From contig OZ193909.1 in NCBI GenBank assembly GCA_964276515.1, positions 3,472,001 to 3,536,000 on the forward strand: 64,000 nucleotides of DNA. Reading direction: 5' to 3'. Of the stretch, positions 51,501 to 64,000 are shown piece by piece. Source of the DNA: Gordius albopunctatus (Eukaryota). The notes beneath the pieces were generated by a model that was not told the origin of the DNA, did no database searches, and worked only from the letters and a program-made list of their open reading frames with translations. The number at the start of each line of letters is the position of its first letter. Within the stretch, counting starts at the first letter, position 1. The position numbers and the translations under genes were made by a program.

Positions 51501-53820
51501 TCAAATCCTTTATTTTTATTATTAAACCAAAACACATAAAAATCAAATAACAGCGAAATTAAATATAAGCGAGGGTGTTGGTAAGGATGATAAAAAATTT
51601 AGCAGGTTTGATGATTAGATAACTAGCTAGGTGCAGTTGAAAGCTATGTCAACAATGTGATGTTGGTAGAATAAGATGTGATCGCAAAAGTAATGAATAA
51701 ATGGAATATCCAGAGGAGCAGAGTAACGTTGGAGTGAGTCCTGTAATCCCTTTATATATGTTTGATAAATCTGGAAAGATCTGTATATTTCTCGTAAAAA
51801 AAACAATTTGGTACATGCCAATAAAAATACCAGTTTAACTGTAGTTGGATACATCGAAATCGCCACAGCTTAATTAAAGTGACAATAACATGCGTTTTCA
51901 ACCATTTCGGATTGACCTATAAGTTTAAAAGTCTTTAAATTATTTCTAGGGGAACCTTATAAATCTATTAACATATGGAAATATATTTTTAGATTATTCC
52001 AAAAAATGAGCTTTTTACGTAATGTTGTTGGGATGTTTCGGCTAGATTCAACGTCTTCCATTCTAAGGCTGTATTAATTACAAATGCTCTTAGAATGGTA
52101 AATTTTGTTATTGATACTTCAGATAAAAAAGTTTTTCATTTAAGAAAAAAACGAAATTAGTAACATTCTTTTATACAATAACAATACTAATATACAGCGA
52201 TGTTTCTGGCACTGATACCAATGTGTCTCTGAAAGTGTTAAAACACCTTGATACATTATTAAAAATATGATCTCGATATTCTTCCCACAAGCTACTGGCA
52301 TGCTTCAAAGATTACCTTAATTTAAAAGAACATTTTATATGATTCTTATGAATTTAGTGCTCAACTAAATATTTTTGATATACCGAATATTATATATATT
52401 ATTTTACGTATTTATACTAATTTTGTTATAAATCTAGAATGCCCGAAAGATTGCATTAACGCCTACGGATCTAATGACTGCAACGATGAAGGCAAATGCA
52501 TATGCCTAAAGGGCTATACTGGGGATCGATGTCAAAATGTAATGCATGGAATATCTTGAGCTAATATACCTGTTCTCATAAATCAGCATAAAAAATGGCT
52601 ACTCATTTGAGATGGAAAACTAAGAAAAATCTCAAATTTATCTCTTTAGCGTAGTGCAGTAAAAACGGCTTGGTTTTGTTTGGTCGACCTTCGGTTTTAG
52701 TCGAACAAAGATAAACAAACCAAAGGTGTTTTGGTCTGTTCTCCTTAGTCGACCTCTAGACTTAGTCGAAATTTTAGAAAAAGACCAGAGTCAACCATTC
52801 TTCTTCTTTATCAGTTATTTGGTCCCACATTGGTGGGGTTTGTTTTGATAAGTTTCTTCCATCTTGATTGGGTGAGTGCCATGTCTTGACTAATCTCTTT
52901 AGTTTCCATAACTTTATCGACTTGCCTTTTCCACGTGACACGGGGTCGTCCTCTTCCTCTCTTCCCCGCTACCTCCATGTCCAGTACTTTTTGATTTACG
53001 TCATCCGTATCCTTCCTTAGTATATGACCATACCACCTTAGCCGATTTTCGTTAATCATGTCCGCCATAGATTGAATACCCATTTTTGTCATGAAAAAGT
53101 CATTCGTCATATGGTCGAGCTTAGTATACCCCAAGCTCCACCGTATCATTCTCATCTCTGTGGCTTGTAATAGCTTTAATTCCGTGGTGTTTAATGCCCA
53201 TGTTTCACTTCCATAGAGTAAAATCGGTCTTACGATGGATTTGTAAGCTTTGCTCTTCAACCATATTGTCATTTTCTTGTTTACACATAACACCGGATAT
53301 ACTTCGCCATTTAAGCCATCCTTTTTAGATCCGGGCATTGACTTTTGTTGTGCAACCTCCCTCTTGATGTAGAATCGAGCCGAGGTATGTGAACCTGTCT
53401 ATTTTTGGGTACTTTAGATGGTCATCCAGCGATGGGGTGCCTGTACCGTTCATTTCCATGTATACCGTTTTTCTATCGTTGACCTTTAAACCATATCCAG
53501 CTAAGCGCTTTGACCATTTTTCGTCTTCTTCGAATACTTTCTCTCCATTCTTTTAAAACTTGCATAAAACTCCTAACACAATCATTCGTGAGGTGTTTAC
53601 TTGCAAATCAATTTCCTCAAAAGTGCACTGTATCTACTTATTTCACTAGAGATCGGGTGTGTTTAAAGCTATATAAGTTTCGCTGTTGATCGCAAAGCAT
53701 CATAAAAACTATTAGTTTAATAATATGATTAGGTTAAAAATCGCACGCATTAAATAAATTAAAAAACCAATAAATATTATTGTATTTTTCCAGATCTCAT
53801 ACCAACAGACTATGGAATAA
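45546..53820 (+). CDS. Multiple EGF-like-repeat protein (one module per exon); 5' end unresolved
   Basis: Exons: ~45546-45636 (..GCPVGNYGINCSQ), 46162-46257 (CSCNLKGSFGECDFYGWCICHDNYFGYNCQN), 49071-49154 (SECPSKKVNPIGLCICQDYVIGKRCNR), 49241-49324 (CVRHQTLRTRNGYCVCKDGFYGDLCES), 50314-50409 (CSCTHLKNGNKCSRIGECKCPIGKCGSKCSS), 51222-51317 (CKCHERNSKSAECDSRGCDCKTGFYGNDCSK), 52438-52538 (CPKDCINAYGSNDCNDEGKCICLKGYTGDRCQN), 53794-53820 (ISYQQTME*). Junctions are GT-AG and phase 1 except the last (phase 0). CxC.....G..C recurs in every full module. Confidence 0.82.
46395..47335 (-). mobile_element. Old, decayed 3' RTE LINE fragments in an EGF-gene intron
   Basis: 46400-46870 and 47010-47335 resemble the reverse complement of ~43640-44530 (e.g. 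cttagtatacccaaggctccacc; atatcatcggcatata = YADDI). Confidence 0.8.
47430..48740. mobile_element. Non-autonomous hAT-like element with GGCCCG subterminal repeats, related to 4595-4928
   Basis: Starts TAGAGACCTGC; clusters of gcccggccc at 47445-47570 and 48648-48740. The right terminus and TSD are not clear. Confidence 0.5.
52803..53544 (-). mobile_element. 5'-truncated RTE LINE copy of subfamily 2 in the last EGF-gene intron
   Basis: Highly similar to the reverse complement of ~43790-44540; (GAA)n tail; probable TSD ccattctt at 52795-52802 and 53545-53552. Confidence 0.92.
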
Positions 53821-54868
53821 AAGAATTGCTTCAACTTAACACACCCAAAAAAACATAACATGGCTTATTATTTTTTACATATACCCTTATAGCTTTGTGT
53901 AATTTATATTATTTAAACTAATAAATTTCCATATTAATTGTATCGATGTATGCTTTATAATAGGACATTTTTTGGTATACACAAAATATTTTTTCATGAT
54001 AAAATACAAATATCATAATTTATAAAAAAAATTTGAACCTTATTATGATCTGTTATCAAGAATCTCACAAAAAAAAAATCTTACCAATAACTTTTATTTA
54101 ATTAACTCGTATCTAAAAAATAGGTAAAAAATTTATTTGAAACTAATTCACCTTGGTCATGTTATATTGAGACGCGCTTTATTGTCACCTTTTATATGTC
54201 CTAGCAAACTTAAAAGGTTCGCCAAAGTTTTATTCTGTAGATCGGATTATATTGATAGATCTTGCTGATATACACTCATATCAATATTATATCTTATTTA
54301 ATACCATCGTTAGTGGCAATAACGTTTAAAGGAGAGGTAAAATGATAATTTATGAAATTTTAAAGGATTTTCGGATTTAGAGGGTGGTAACCGCCCCTCC
54401 CTACCACCCCCTGACGCCATGATAACTAATCAAGTCATGGCGAAATTAGTTATAGCGATTTATTAACCATTACATTAATTTATTGTGATTTGTGATCATA
54501 TTAATGCCTTCCATCGAAATTTCTCCTAACAAATTAACTCCCAAGATAACTGATAAACAATTCTGCAAGAATCGATAGATTAAAGACGAATGAAAAAGTC
54601 AAAATTTAATCAAAAAAGTCTACCAAATAATTTGGCAACAAAATACATGCCTTTTATTTAAGCACATTTTTAGGAGCATATACTTCTTAATACCTGGCTA
54701 ATAATATAGAATTATATTTGGCGCTGTATCACAAAACTATTTAAGACTAACTAATATCGATCATGGCACTCAAAATCTGAAAAATATAATGATTTTTATA
54801 GTTAAAAAGTTTATTTTCACGAAACAAACTTACATAAATAAGCGAAATACAAAAATAAAGACATATTG

Positions 54869-55180
54869 GTTAAATACAAAGATCTATATCATTATCTTCT
54901 AAAATGAGCCATGAGTCGGCAAAGGATTTAAAGTTGTATTGTACAACGAGAATCCCTAGTTGTTGCCTGAGTAAAAATGAAGAAGAAGTTTTAGATTTCA
55001 GTTAGCGTTTTCCGATTTCTTTAAAAAACCCTATTTCCTGTTTACCAAAGGAACCGGAGCATGAGGCAACGATAGGGATAAAAATATTGGATGCCAAAAG
55101 GGCAGAGTACTTTTTAGTTTTACGCCCTTCTGCTGTAGCGATAGGGTCGTAATGCCCATTCTCAAAGATGAAGAAATGGA
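54869..55180 (-). mobile_element. 3' fragment of a restriction-like-endonuclease (R2/CRE/NeSL-type) non-LTR element
   Basis: Hand translation ATAEGRKTKKYSALLASNIFIPIVASCSGSFGKQEIGFFKEIGKR*..FLLRQQLGILVVQYNFKS fits the RLE C-terminal pattern E..K..KY...F.P.....G.. One internal stop. Confidence 0.65.
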
Positions 55181-55344
55181 TAATGTGTTTTAATCATTTT
55201 TTTGTAAATGTTTTCGTTCTTGTATCTTTCTATTAATTCCACTCAATATTTAACACTTTTTATTTAATAAAGCATGTCAATTCAAAAAAAATAGGTCAAT
55301 ACAAGTAAAATCACATTTGAGGGATATGCCATTTGCCAGGGGAC

Positions 55345-57122
55345 TCAAGGAAAAAATTGTATCAATTGAAAACCATTCATATACACAGAGAAAATGCGAT
55401 TCAATTTTTACGGTCAATGATAAAATCAAATCGAGAAGACCAATTGAAAGACCAAGTCAGATATGCAGTTCGATACGTACGCCCGAACAAGACTAACTTC
55501 CGACGACCGTACTGAGAGAGAGAGTCAACACTCGGGTCGGAGGAAGTTATCTTGAAGGGTATGGTGTTGTGGTTGCGCATGCGCAGGATTATGCGCAGCC
55601 AAGTCTTCTATGCGCATGCGCGCGCAGTATACCATGCTATCATAATCGTCTCTCCCCTCTCTCCCCTCACTTTGTTATTCGCGTACTAATTCCAGCTGCG
55701 CTGACAAGTAATGCGTAAATTAATAAGATCATTGTACTTCAATACACAGTTGATCGTTTCCGATATATGTAAAATCTAGGAATATAATATTATTCGCGCA
55801 CCTATATATTTTTCTTCGCGCGAATACGCGAAATTTATGAATTAAATATTCGGATAAAATATATTGAAATATTCAGATTGAATAAAATAAAATAAGGTAA
55901 GAACTATAAAATTTTATTATGTAGCAGTTAGTTTGTATTAACCAGAAAGTAGTTGTAAATTTAGACTCCTTGTAAATTTTTTACACCTATTAATAATTTT
56001 CCTCAATAAATAAAGTATTAATAAATTTTTTATAGCAGGTTTTACAAAAATTTAGCATTTTAAATATTTGTAAATAAAAAATTAAGTTATAATTTTGCAT
56101 TTTATAGATTTTGAGGAATAGGTTTTCTTTCATTCATTCTTATTTATCAACTTCTAAATTTATAAAAATTACTAAGGATTTTCTCCCGGGGGGGGGGGGG
56201 AATCTCCAAAAAATATTTTTAAACATTTTTATTTGAACATAAAAATTATAAAATCTTGTATAAAACATTAAAAAAGTCATTATAAATATTTAACTTGGTC
56301 AGTTACGTTGCACAACTATAAAATATAAACTTTAGATCTAAAATATTTTATTTTTTCATAAAAAACCGGAGGGGGGGGGGAATTTCCCGTTCCCCCCCCC
56401 CCGTATTTACGCCACTGGTCAGCAGACATCTAAATAACTAGCCTATAATTATACTCTTTAAAAAAATTGATTTCAATCACACTTTGGCCAGTGGTCCTTT
56501 TTTCCGTTGGTCAGCAGACGGCCAAATAGCCTATAATTATAATATAAAAAAAAATTTGATGTACAATTTGGCCAGTGGTCATTTTTTCTAATAGTCAGCA
56601 GTCAGCAGGTCAAAAAGCGTCTAGATACGTTCGGGCCAAATATTAAAAAAATGGAAAAAAAATTCCAATCTCACTTTTGGCCAGTGGTCATTTTTTCCAT
56701 TGGTCAGTAGCCAGGAGACGGTCAAAAAGCCATATTATCAATGGTATCAACAATAACAATATATTAATTTAAAAAAAAATAAACAAAAAATTTGCCCACG
56801 CCGACATTCGAACCCACATCAGTAGAGGCATAGGTCTTTGTGGGGGGGGGGGGGCGGGCACGAATTTTCGGAAATTAATTGTAATTTATATAGGTCGTTA
56901 GAAGGTTTTATGGGCGTAGCCAGCAATTAAATTAGTATATTGTATAAATAAAATCAGCATACAAAAATATCATAAATTTTATTATTATATTTAAGCCCTA
57001 AACTTTGTACTATTTTAAAGTTAAAATTTGAAATGTTGATTGATTGAGCCTATACAGTAAGTAAAATAAAAATACAAAATTGCAAAACTTTAATTATGGT
57101 TACGAGATAATTTAAGTGTTTA
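55345..57122. repeat. RTE-free copy of the host repeat: 830-bp unit, TTGGCC modules, and the empty target sites of both RTEs
   Basis: 55345-56172 matches 34972-35798; ~56475-56770 matches ~36015-36310; ~56778-57122 matches ~37986-38160 joined directly to 41264-41450. Confidence 0.9.
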
Positions 57123-59036
57123 ATAAGTATACATTTACAAACATATAGTAGTAAGAAAAAAAGAATTCATTATAATATATGTCAATTAAAATACCAGATT
57201 TTTCATTCATTAACACATTGATTATGGGACTACCCAGCATTGTAATTAAAAGGGGGAAATAATGATTTAGGGAAGCGCAAAATGATCATTATTTTTTGGA
57301 ATTTTAGCAAATTTTTGGATTTAGAGGAAAGCAACCGCTCCTCTCTGCCCCCCTTGGCTATACCCATGTAGAAATATAGGAAATTTACAACAAATGTAAA
57401 ATGGGTCATATTTGAAACTATAGCCAAATAAATAATATCGAAACATATCAATTAATAAGTAAATGCCATTAATAACAATATTATTTGTTATGGGACATTT
57501 TTCTGGGAAAATTGATCCCCCGTAAATTGCATAGCATTTAATTAAAACATTTTAAATACACTTACCCTCTCCCTCCCCCATAAATTCGATTTCAAAACTA
57601 TCTAATCGCATAATATCATAGGATATCCCTGCAAAAATTGCAATAACGAAATAGATATCTGGGCTCATCACCCACTTCATTGCAAGTTAGACAAATATCG
57701 CTTTATCCGACATCAAAAGATAAATCTTTTAATAAGCCGTTGCTATAACCACTCTTACCATGCTGGAATTAAAATAAAAGAAGTTTTTATGTTTATTTAT
57801 ATAGATAATGAAATTATAAAGATGTGTTTTATTTATGTTTATTATATAATAAAATGAAACAATAATAGAAAATCAATATATTATACATAATTTAACAAAT
57901 ATCAACAAGAACAAAATATTAATTTAATTTAAAAATAGGCACTTGTAGGGGAGGGCATAGGGTAATTATCAACGTTAACCTATTCAAAAACGAAAAGAAT
58001 GATTTTGGAAGGAGCATTTTGAAATTTTAGCCTTTACTTAAGCAATATGGCCAATGTTCATTTTTTTTATTGGTCAGTACCAAGAGACGGTCTATAAATA
58101 CATGCGAGTCAAAAAAACGAAAAAAAATTTCGAATTACAATTTGGCTAATGGTCATTTTTTTCTCCATTGATCCGTACCAAGAGACTGTCTATAAATACA
58201 TACCAGTCAAAAAAACGAAAAAAAATTTTAAATCACAATTTGGCCAATGGTCATTTTTTCCATTGGTCAGTACCAAGAGACGGTCTATAAATACATACGA
58301 GTCAAAAAAAACGAAAAAAAAAATTCGATCCACACTTTGGCCAATGGTCATTTTTTTCCATTGGTCAGTACCAACAGATACTCTATAAGTCAATGTTAGC
58401 TAAAAAAACGAAAAAATTTTTTTTGATGCTCACTTTAGCCAATGGTCATTTTTTCATTGGTCAGTAGCCAGCGGACAGCCAATAAGCCATATTATCAATG
58501 GTAGTAACAAGAACAATATATTAATTTAAAAATAGCTTCAATAGATACTAGGTTCGTACCCGCACGTATCTCGTTTTAATTAAAAAAATCGATAACGAGA
58601 GAGAGATGTTGTGGGGAGGAGACACGCGTGTGTATTACTATTCTAACACAGCGAGGTAGATAGAGATGAGGGGTGGGGCACCTCTTATGCATTAATCACT
58701 TAGAGCAATTCCCCTCCTTATCTATACTGTTGGTGCAAGACATTTGGTGCGTGACAACACATTCGGTGCGTGACAAGACATTCGGAAAATGGAAAGCGAG
58801 CCCATAAATTGCATAGCAATTAACAAATGGAAAGTGAGCCCATAAATTGCATAGCAATTAATAAACAAAAAATTTCCCCACGCCGACATTCGAACCCACA
58901 TCAGTAGAGGCAGAGGTCTTTGTAGGGGGGGGCACAATTAATAATAGGAGAATTAAACATAATATTTTGGGAAATTAATTGTAATTTATATAGGTCGTTA
59001 GAAGGTTTCATGGACGTAGCTAGCAATTAAATTAGT

Positions 59037-62000
59037 CTCTTTCTCTATCGTGTTGAAAATCCCACATGCGGGGTACGTTTTCAGCAGCCTCTTCCATCTG
59101 AGTCGCGTAAATGCCATGCCAATTTCCATCTGTTTGATGTCCATATCCTTTTCGACCAGTCGTTTCCAGGTGGCACGTGGTATGCACCTTCCTCTTCTTC
59201 CAGGCACTTCCATCTCCAGCGTTCGCCGTGTGACATCGTCTTCGTCTCTTCGTAATACATGGCCGTACCACCGCAGTCGATTTTCTCTTAAGAAGTCCTT
59301 CGTCGCTTGTATACCCATCTTTGTCATCAAGGATTCGTTCGTCATGCGATCCAGCTTGGTGTAGCCTAAGCTCCATCGCACCATTCTCATTTCCGTGACT
59401 TGCAAGAGTTTCTCCTCCGCGGTGGTTACAGTCCATGTTTCGCTCCCGTAAAGCAAGACCGGTCGCACGATGGTTTTGTACGCCTTGCTTTTCAACCAAA
59501 TTGGTATCTTTTTGTCACACATGACACCGGAGATGCTGCGCCACTTGAGCCATGCTTTCTTGATTCGAGAATGGACTTCGGCGGTACATCCTCCCTCTTG
59601 ATGTAATAGCGAGCCAAGATATGTGAACTTATCAACCTCCGTGTACCTTGGACCGTCAATTATGTGCATTTGCAGACTACCGCCCATCGTTTGCATGTAA
59701 ACCGTTTTCTTCTCGCTGACCTTTAACCCGAATTCCGAGAAACGTTCTCACCATTTTTTCGCCTGAGGAAAAACCCCTTCTCTTGTTTCATCGCATAGGA
59801 CAATATCGTCGGCATATAGCATAGTCCAAGGGGCTGGCTTGTGCAAGTCCTTTGTTATTGTATCCATAATTAGATTAAACAAGAATGGGCTTAACGCTGA
59901 TCCTTGATGTAGTCCGATCATTATTCGGAAGGGTTTCGTTACTCCTACGGTAGTCCTAACAGATGCAACCGCGCCATTATACATTTCCTTGATAAGTCGA
60001 ACATATCCTTCGGGTATATTTCTGGCTCTAAGGGACCACCATATTAAGTCTCTCGGAACCGTATCGTAGGCCTTTTCTAAATCGATGAAGACCATGTGTA
60101 ATTTCTTTCTTATGGCGCCATATTTTTCCATCGTCTGCTTCAACGCAAAGATTGGGTCCATCGTTGATTTACCGGCCACAAATCCAAACTGATTGGGCGA
60201 GAGACAAACTTCGTCATTGAGCCTTTTCACTAGCACCCTTTCTAGTAGTTTTAGTGAGTGGCAGGTCAACTTGATACCTCTAAAGTTTCCACATTCCTGC
60301 GCCTCTCCTTTACCTTTGTATATGGGTATGATTGTACCTTCCCTCCATTGGTCAGGGATACGACTCTCATACAGCATAGCGTTAAATAGGCCTGTCATTA
60401 TATCGATTCCTTCTCCTTTGCACCCAAGCCAAGCTTCGATCGGTAGATCATCGGGACCTAGCGCTTTCCCTTTCCGCATCTTCGTTAGTTGCGCTACTAT
60501 TTCATAAGCCTGAAATGGTAAAACCAAGTTCGAGTTCGGTTCCACCCTCTCTAGCGGTCTTCTATGATTCGTTTTGTTCATCATATTTTGGAAATAATCT
60601 TTCCATCTTTTGATGACTTCCTTCGGTTTGCACAACGTTCGTCCCTCTTCGCTTTTAATAACTTAAAGTGCCCCGACATCTCGACTTATTTTCTCCCTGA
60701 TCTTTGCGAGTTTATACATGACTATGTCGCCGCCCTTGGTATCGAGCTTGTTTGCCATCTCGGTGTAAGCCTCGTTCTTCGCTATCGCGACCGCTATCTT
60801 AGCTTTGCATTTCGCTTCACGATATGCCTCGTAGTATTCTCCTTTCTTCTTTTTGTACCATCGTAGGTACAACGCCTTCTTTTCTTCTATAACCTCTTTG
60901 ACCGAGTCATTCCACCACCATAGTTCACGCTTGTGAGCTCTGCCGCCCTTAGTTCGTCCCAATATTTGAAAGGCCGTTTCCTTTAGAACATTTGCAACGG
61001 TGCCCCACCTTTTGTTAATGTCGCCCTCCAAGCCAGCAACCTTCAAGAGCGGAGTTGCTCGAGCGTGAAACATTTCATTTGCATGATCATCCTTAAGCTT
61101 TTCGTACTTTGTCCTTGGTGTGTAGACTTTTCTCCTCACGGGAAAAATCTTTCTTGCTATATCGAGGACAACTGGTTGATGTTGTTTGGCGATTTCTTCC
61201 CCCGGTATAACCTTGCAATCTTTAACTTGCCACAAATTTTTGCGCTTCACTAATATGTAGTCGACCTGTGTAAGGTGATTTCCACTACTGTACATCGCTA
61301 AATGTTCGGTACGCTTCTGAAAGAAGGTATTCACAATGGCCATATCGTAAGCTTGCGCCATCTGTAGTAACTTCTCTCCCTCTTTATTTTTCACTCCATA
61401 GCCATGCCCGCCGTGATTTCGTTCGTACACGCCCCTTTCTTTCCCAACGTGCCCATTAAAGTCTGCTCCGATGATGAGATTCTCGTCAGGCTTCACGTAG
61501 CGTATTTCTTCTTCGAGCTTCTCATAGAATTCGTCCTTCTCGTTTTCGGAACATCCAACCTGGGGCGAGTACGCACAAATAACATTGGCAAGGCCGCCTT
61601 GATCCGCCAGCTTTATGCACATCAATCTATCTGAGCATCGTTTGACTTCGACTACCTTGTCCTTAAAGGAATCGCTAAGCACTATACCGACCCCGTTCTT
61701 CCGTGATGGGGAACCCGAGTAGTATAGCTTGTAACCATCTCCTAGCTCCCTGGCTTTTCTTCCATGCCACCGCGTTTCTTGTAGACACGCTATGTGTATC
61801 CTTCGCCTTTTTAGCATCTGCGCAACCTCGATGCTCTTCCCCGTCAGCGTGCCCACATTCCAGCTAGCCACTCTTGTCCGTTCGACAACTAGGTTCCTTA
61901 ACCGCCTTCGTTGTGAGTGAGGCGGTGACCCTTGTATACTTTTCACATTGCACGGGCGGATGATGCAATACGCGTCGTTTGGGGAGGACGTCCTAGCATT

Positions 62001-62122
62001 CTGGTATAAGTTCGTATTTGAAGCTGCCATGGTGTTTGGAGTTGCTTTTTACAGCCGGCTTCCGACCTGATGCCAACCCTCCACTTTTTCCACACGGACT
62101 TGGGACCGTCGTTGGTAGTGTT
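59037..62122 (-). mobile_element. RTE-clade LINE subfamily 1, duplicated copy
   Basis: Same ORFs, lesions and TSD (59020-59036 / 62123-62139) as 38161-41246. Confidence 0.96.
62071..62122 (-). ncRNA. Twister ribozyme core, duplicate of 41195-41246
   Basis: Identical sequence at offset 20,876. Confidence 0.85.
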
Positions 62123-62324
62123 CTAGCAATTAAATTAGTATATTGTATAAATAAAATCAGCATACAAAAATATCATAAATTTTATTATTATATTTAAGCC
62201 CTAAACTTTGTACTATTTTAAAGTTAAAATTTGAAATGTTGATTGATTGAGCCTATAGTGTAAGTAAAATAAAAATACAAAATTGCAAAACTTTAATTAT
62301 GGTTACGAGATAATTTAAGTGTTT

Positions 62325-62376
62325 AACACTACCTACGACGGTCCCAAGTCCGTTTGCAAAAAGTGGAGGGTTGGCG
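62325..62376 (+). ncRNA. Twister ribozyme core, duplicate of 41449-41500
   Basis: Identical sequence at offset 20,876. Confidence 0.87.
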
Positions 62377-64000
62377 TCAGGTCGGAAACCGGCTATAAAA
62401 ATCAACTCCAAAACTATGATAGTTTCAAACAGGATTTTACAAGAAAAGGCTAGGGCGTCCTCCACAAACGACGCGCACTGCTTACCCCGCCCGTGCAATG
62501 TGAAAAATACACTAGGGTTACTGCCCAACTCACAAGGAAGGCGGTTAAGGAAACTATTTGTGGAAAGAATGGGAAGTACGTGCTGGAATGTGGGAACGTT
62601 GACGGGAAGAGCATCGAGGTCGCACAGATGCTAAAAAGAAGAAAGTTACACATCGCCTGCCTACAAGAGACGAGGTGGAACGGAACGAAAGCTCGGGAAT
62701 TAGGAGAAGGATACAAGCTTTTCTACAGTGGGTCATCAAATCGTAGAAACGGGGTCGGTATCGTTCTAAGTGAATCGTTCAAGGACAAGGTGGTGGAAGT
62801 AAAGCGTTGTTCCGACAGGCTAATGTGGGTGAATATTGCAGATCAAGGGGGCCTCCTAACCGTTATGTGCGCGTATGCCCCCCAAATTGGATGTTTGGAA
62901 TCAGAGAAAGACATATTCTTCGATTCACTGGAAAAGGAAATACAAGGAATAGGACAGGAAGAAAGGCAAATTATTGGAGCAGATTTCAACGCTCACGTTG
63001 GGAAAGATCGCCTCGGGTATGAACGCAATCATGGAGGCTATGCGCATGGTCTGAAGAACAAAGAAGGGGAAAAACTTCTCCAAGTATCCCAAGCATATGA
63101 CATGGCGATCGTTAACACCTATTTTCAAAAGCGCGAAGATCATATTGTGACCTATAGAAGTGGGAAGCATTTTAGTCAAATCGACTATTTGCTTATACGG
63201 CGAAAGGACTTATGGAGTATCAAGGATTGCAAAGTGATACCGGGAGAAGAAATCGCCAGGCAACATCGTCCCCTTGTTATAGATCTTGACAGAAGAGTAT
63301 TTACCGAAAGAAGAAAGTTCTATGAACCTCGAATTCGATACGAAAGGCTAAAGGATACGTCGACGAACAAAGAATACCATCAAAAAGCCTGCTCACTCTT
63401 GGGTGCAAGGAAGTTGCAAAGGGACGTAGACGGCGATTGGAAGACGCTATCTAAGGACATTAAGGAAACAGCGATTTGTGTTCTAGGACAGACCAAAGGA
63501 GGCATAGCTATGAATAGGGAACTATGGTGGTGGTATCAATCGGTTAAAGATTTCATCGAAAGAAAGAAAAATCTATATAGACGGTGGCATAAATCAAAAA
63601 AGTCGGAGGATTATCAAGAGTACAGGTACGCAAAGAGGGTCGCAAAAAAGGCCGTTGCAAAAGCGAAGAATGCCGCGTACACCGAGATGGCAAACAAACT
63701 GGATCATAAAGGGGGCGATAGGCTTATGTACAAATTGGCCAAGATAAGGGAGAAGAAAAGTCGCTATGTCGGAGTTCTTAAAATAGTCAAAAGCGAGAAG
63801 GGTCAAACCTTATTCAAGCCGAAAGAAGTGATGGAAAGGTGGAAAGGATATTTTAAGAAACTTATGAATATTGCAAACGACAAGGATTCCCTTCCCGAAA
63901 TTGAGCCAAATATAAATATGGTCGAACTCTTTCAGGAGGATGAAGTAAGAACACAAATGAGCAAGATGCAAAAAGGAAAAGCAAATGGTCCAGATGGAAT
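62325..64000 (+). mobile_element. RTE-clade LINE subfamily 2, duplicated copy (cut by the window end)
   Basis: Matches 41449-43124. Confidence 0.96.

Larger units (their letters stand above)
57733..64000 (+). repeat. Segmental duplication, copy 2 (runs off the window end)
   Basis: Near-identical to 36857-43124. Confidence 0.97.

Noticed and set aside
51627..52310. Slightly GC-richer intronic stretch with a 79-aa ORF
   Set aside because: No motif recognised in the frames I read; possibly a decayed TE, but unsupported.

Overview
AT-rich, intron-containing eukaryotic (animal-like) DNA dominated by transposable elements. Three host genes can be spliced together by hand: the 3' exons of a rhomboid protease (+, 187-1339, catalytic GASG and AHxxG intact), a convergent multi-exon BRD8-like bromodomain gene (-, 2818 to at least 8340) whose acetyl-lysine-binding Asn appears replaced by His, and an EGF-repeat gene (+, ~45546-53820) with one EGF-like module per phase-1 exon. 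From ~12.9 to 44.5 kb lies a stack of mobile elements: two decayed APE/RT LINEs, a composite of two Helitron RepHel units, a ~1.44-kb (ATAC)n tract inside a Helitron-like end, a non-autonomous Helitron, a MULE relic, three copies of an 8-bp-TSD (hAT-type) element each inserted in another TE's coding sequence, and a head-to-head pair of full-length RTE-clade LINEs. The most striking signal is that both RTEs start exactly at the predicted cleavage site of a twister ribozyme with compensatory base changes. The RTE pair block is duplicated almost identically 20,876 bp downstream, next to an RTE-free copy of the same target sequence. All family assignments come from motif recognition, not database searches.
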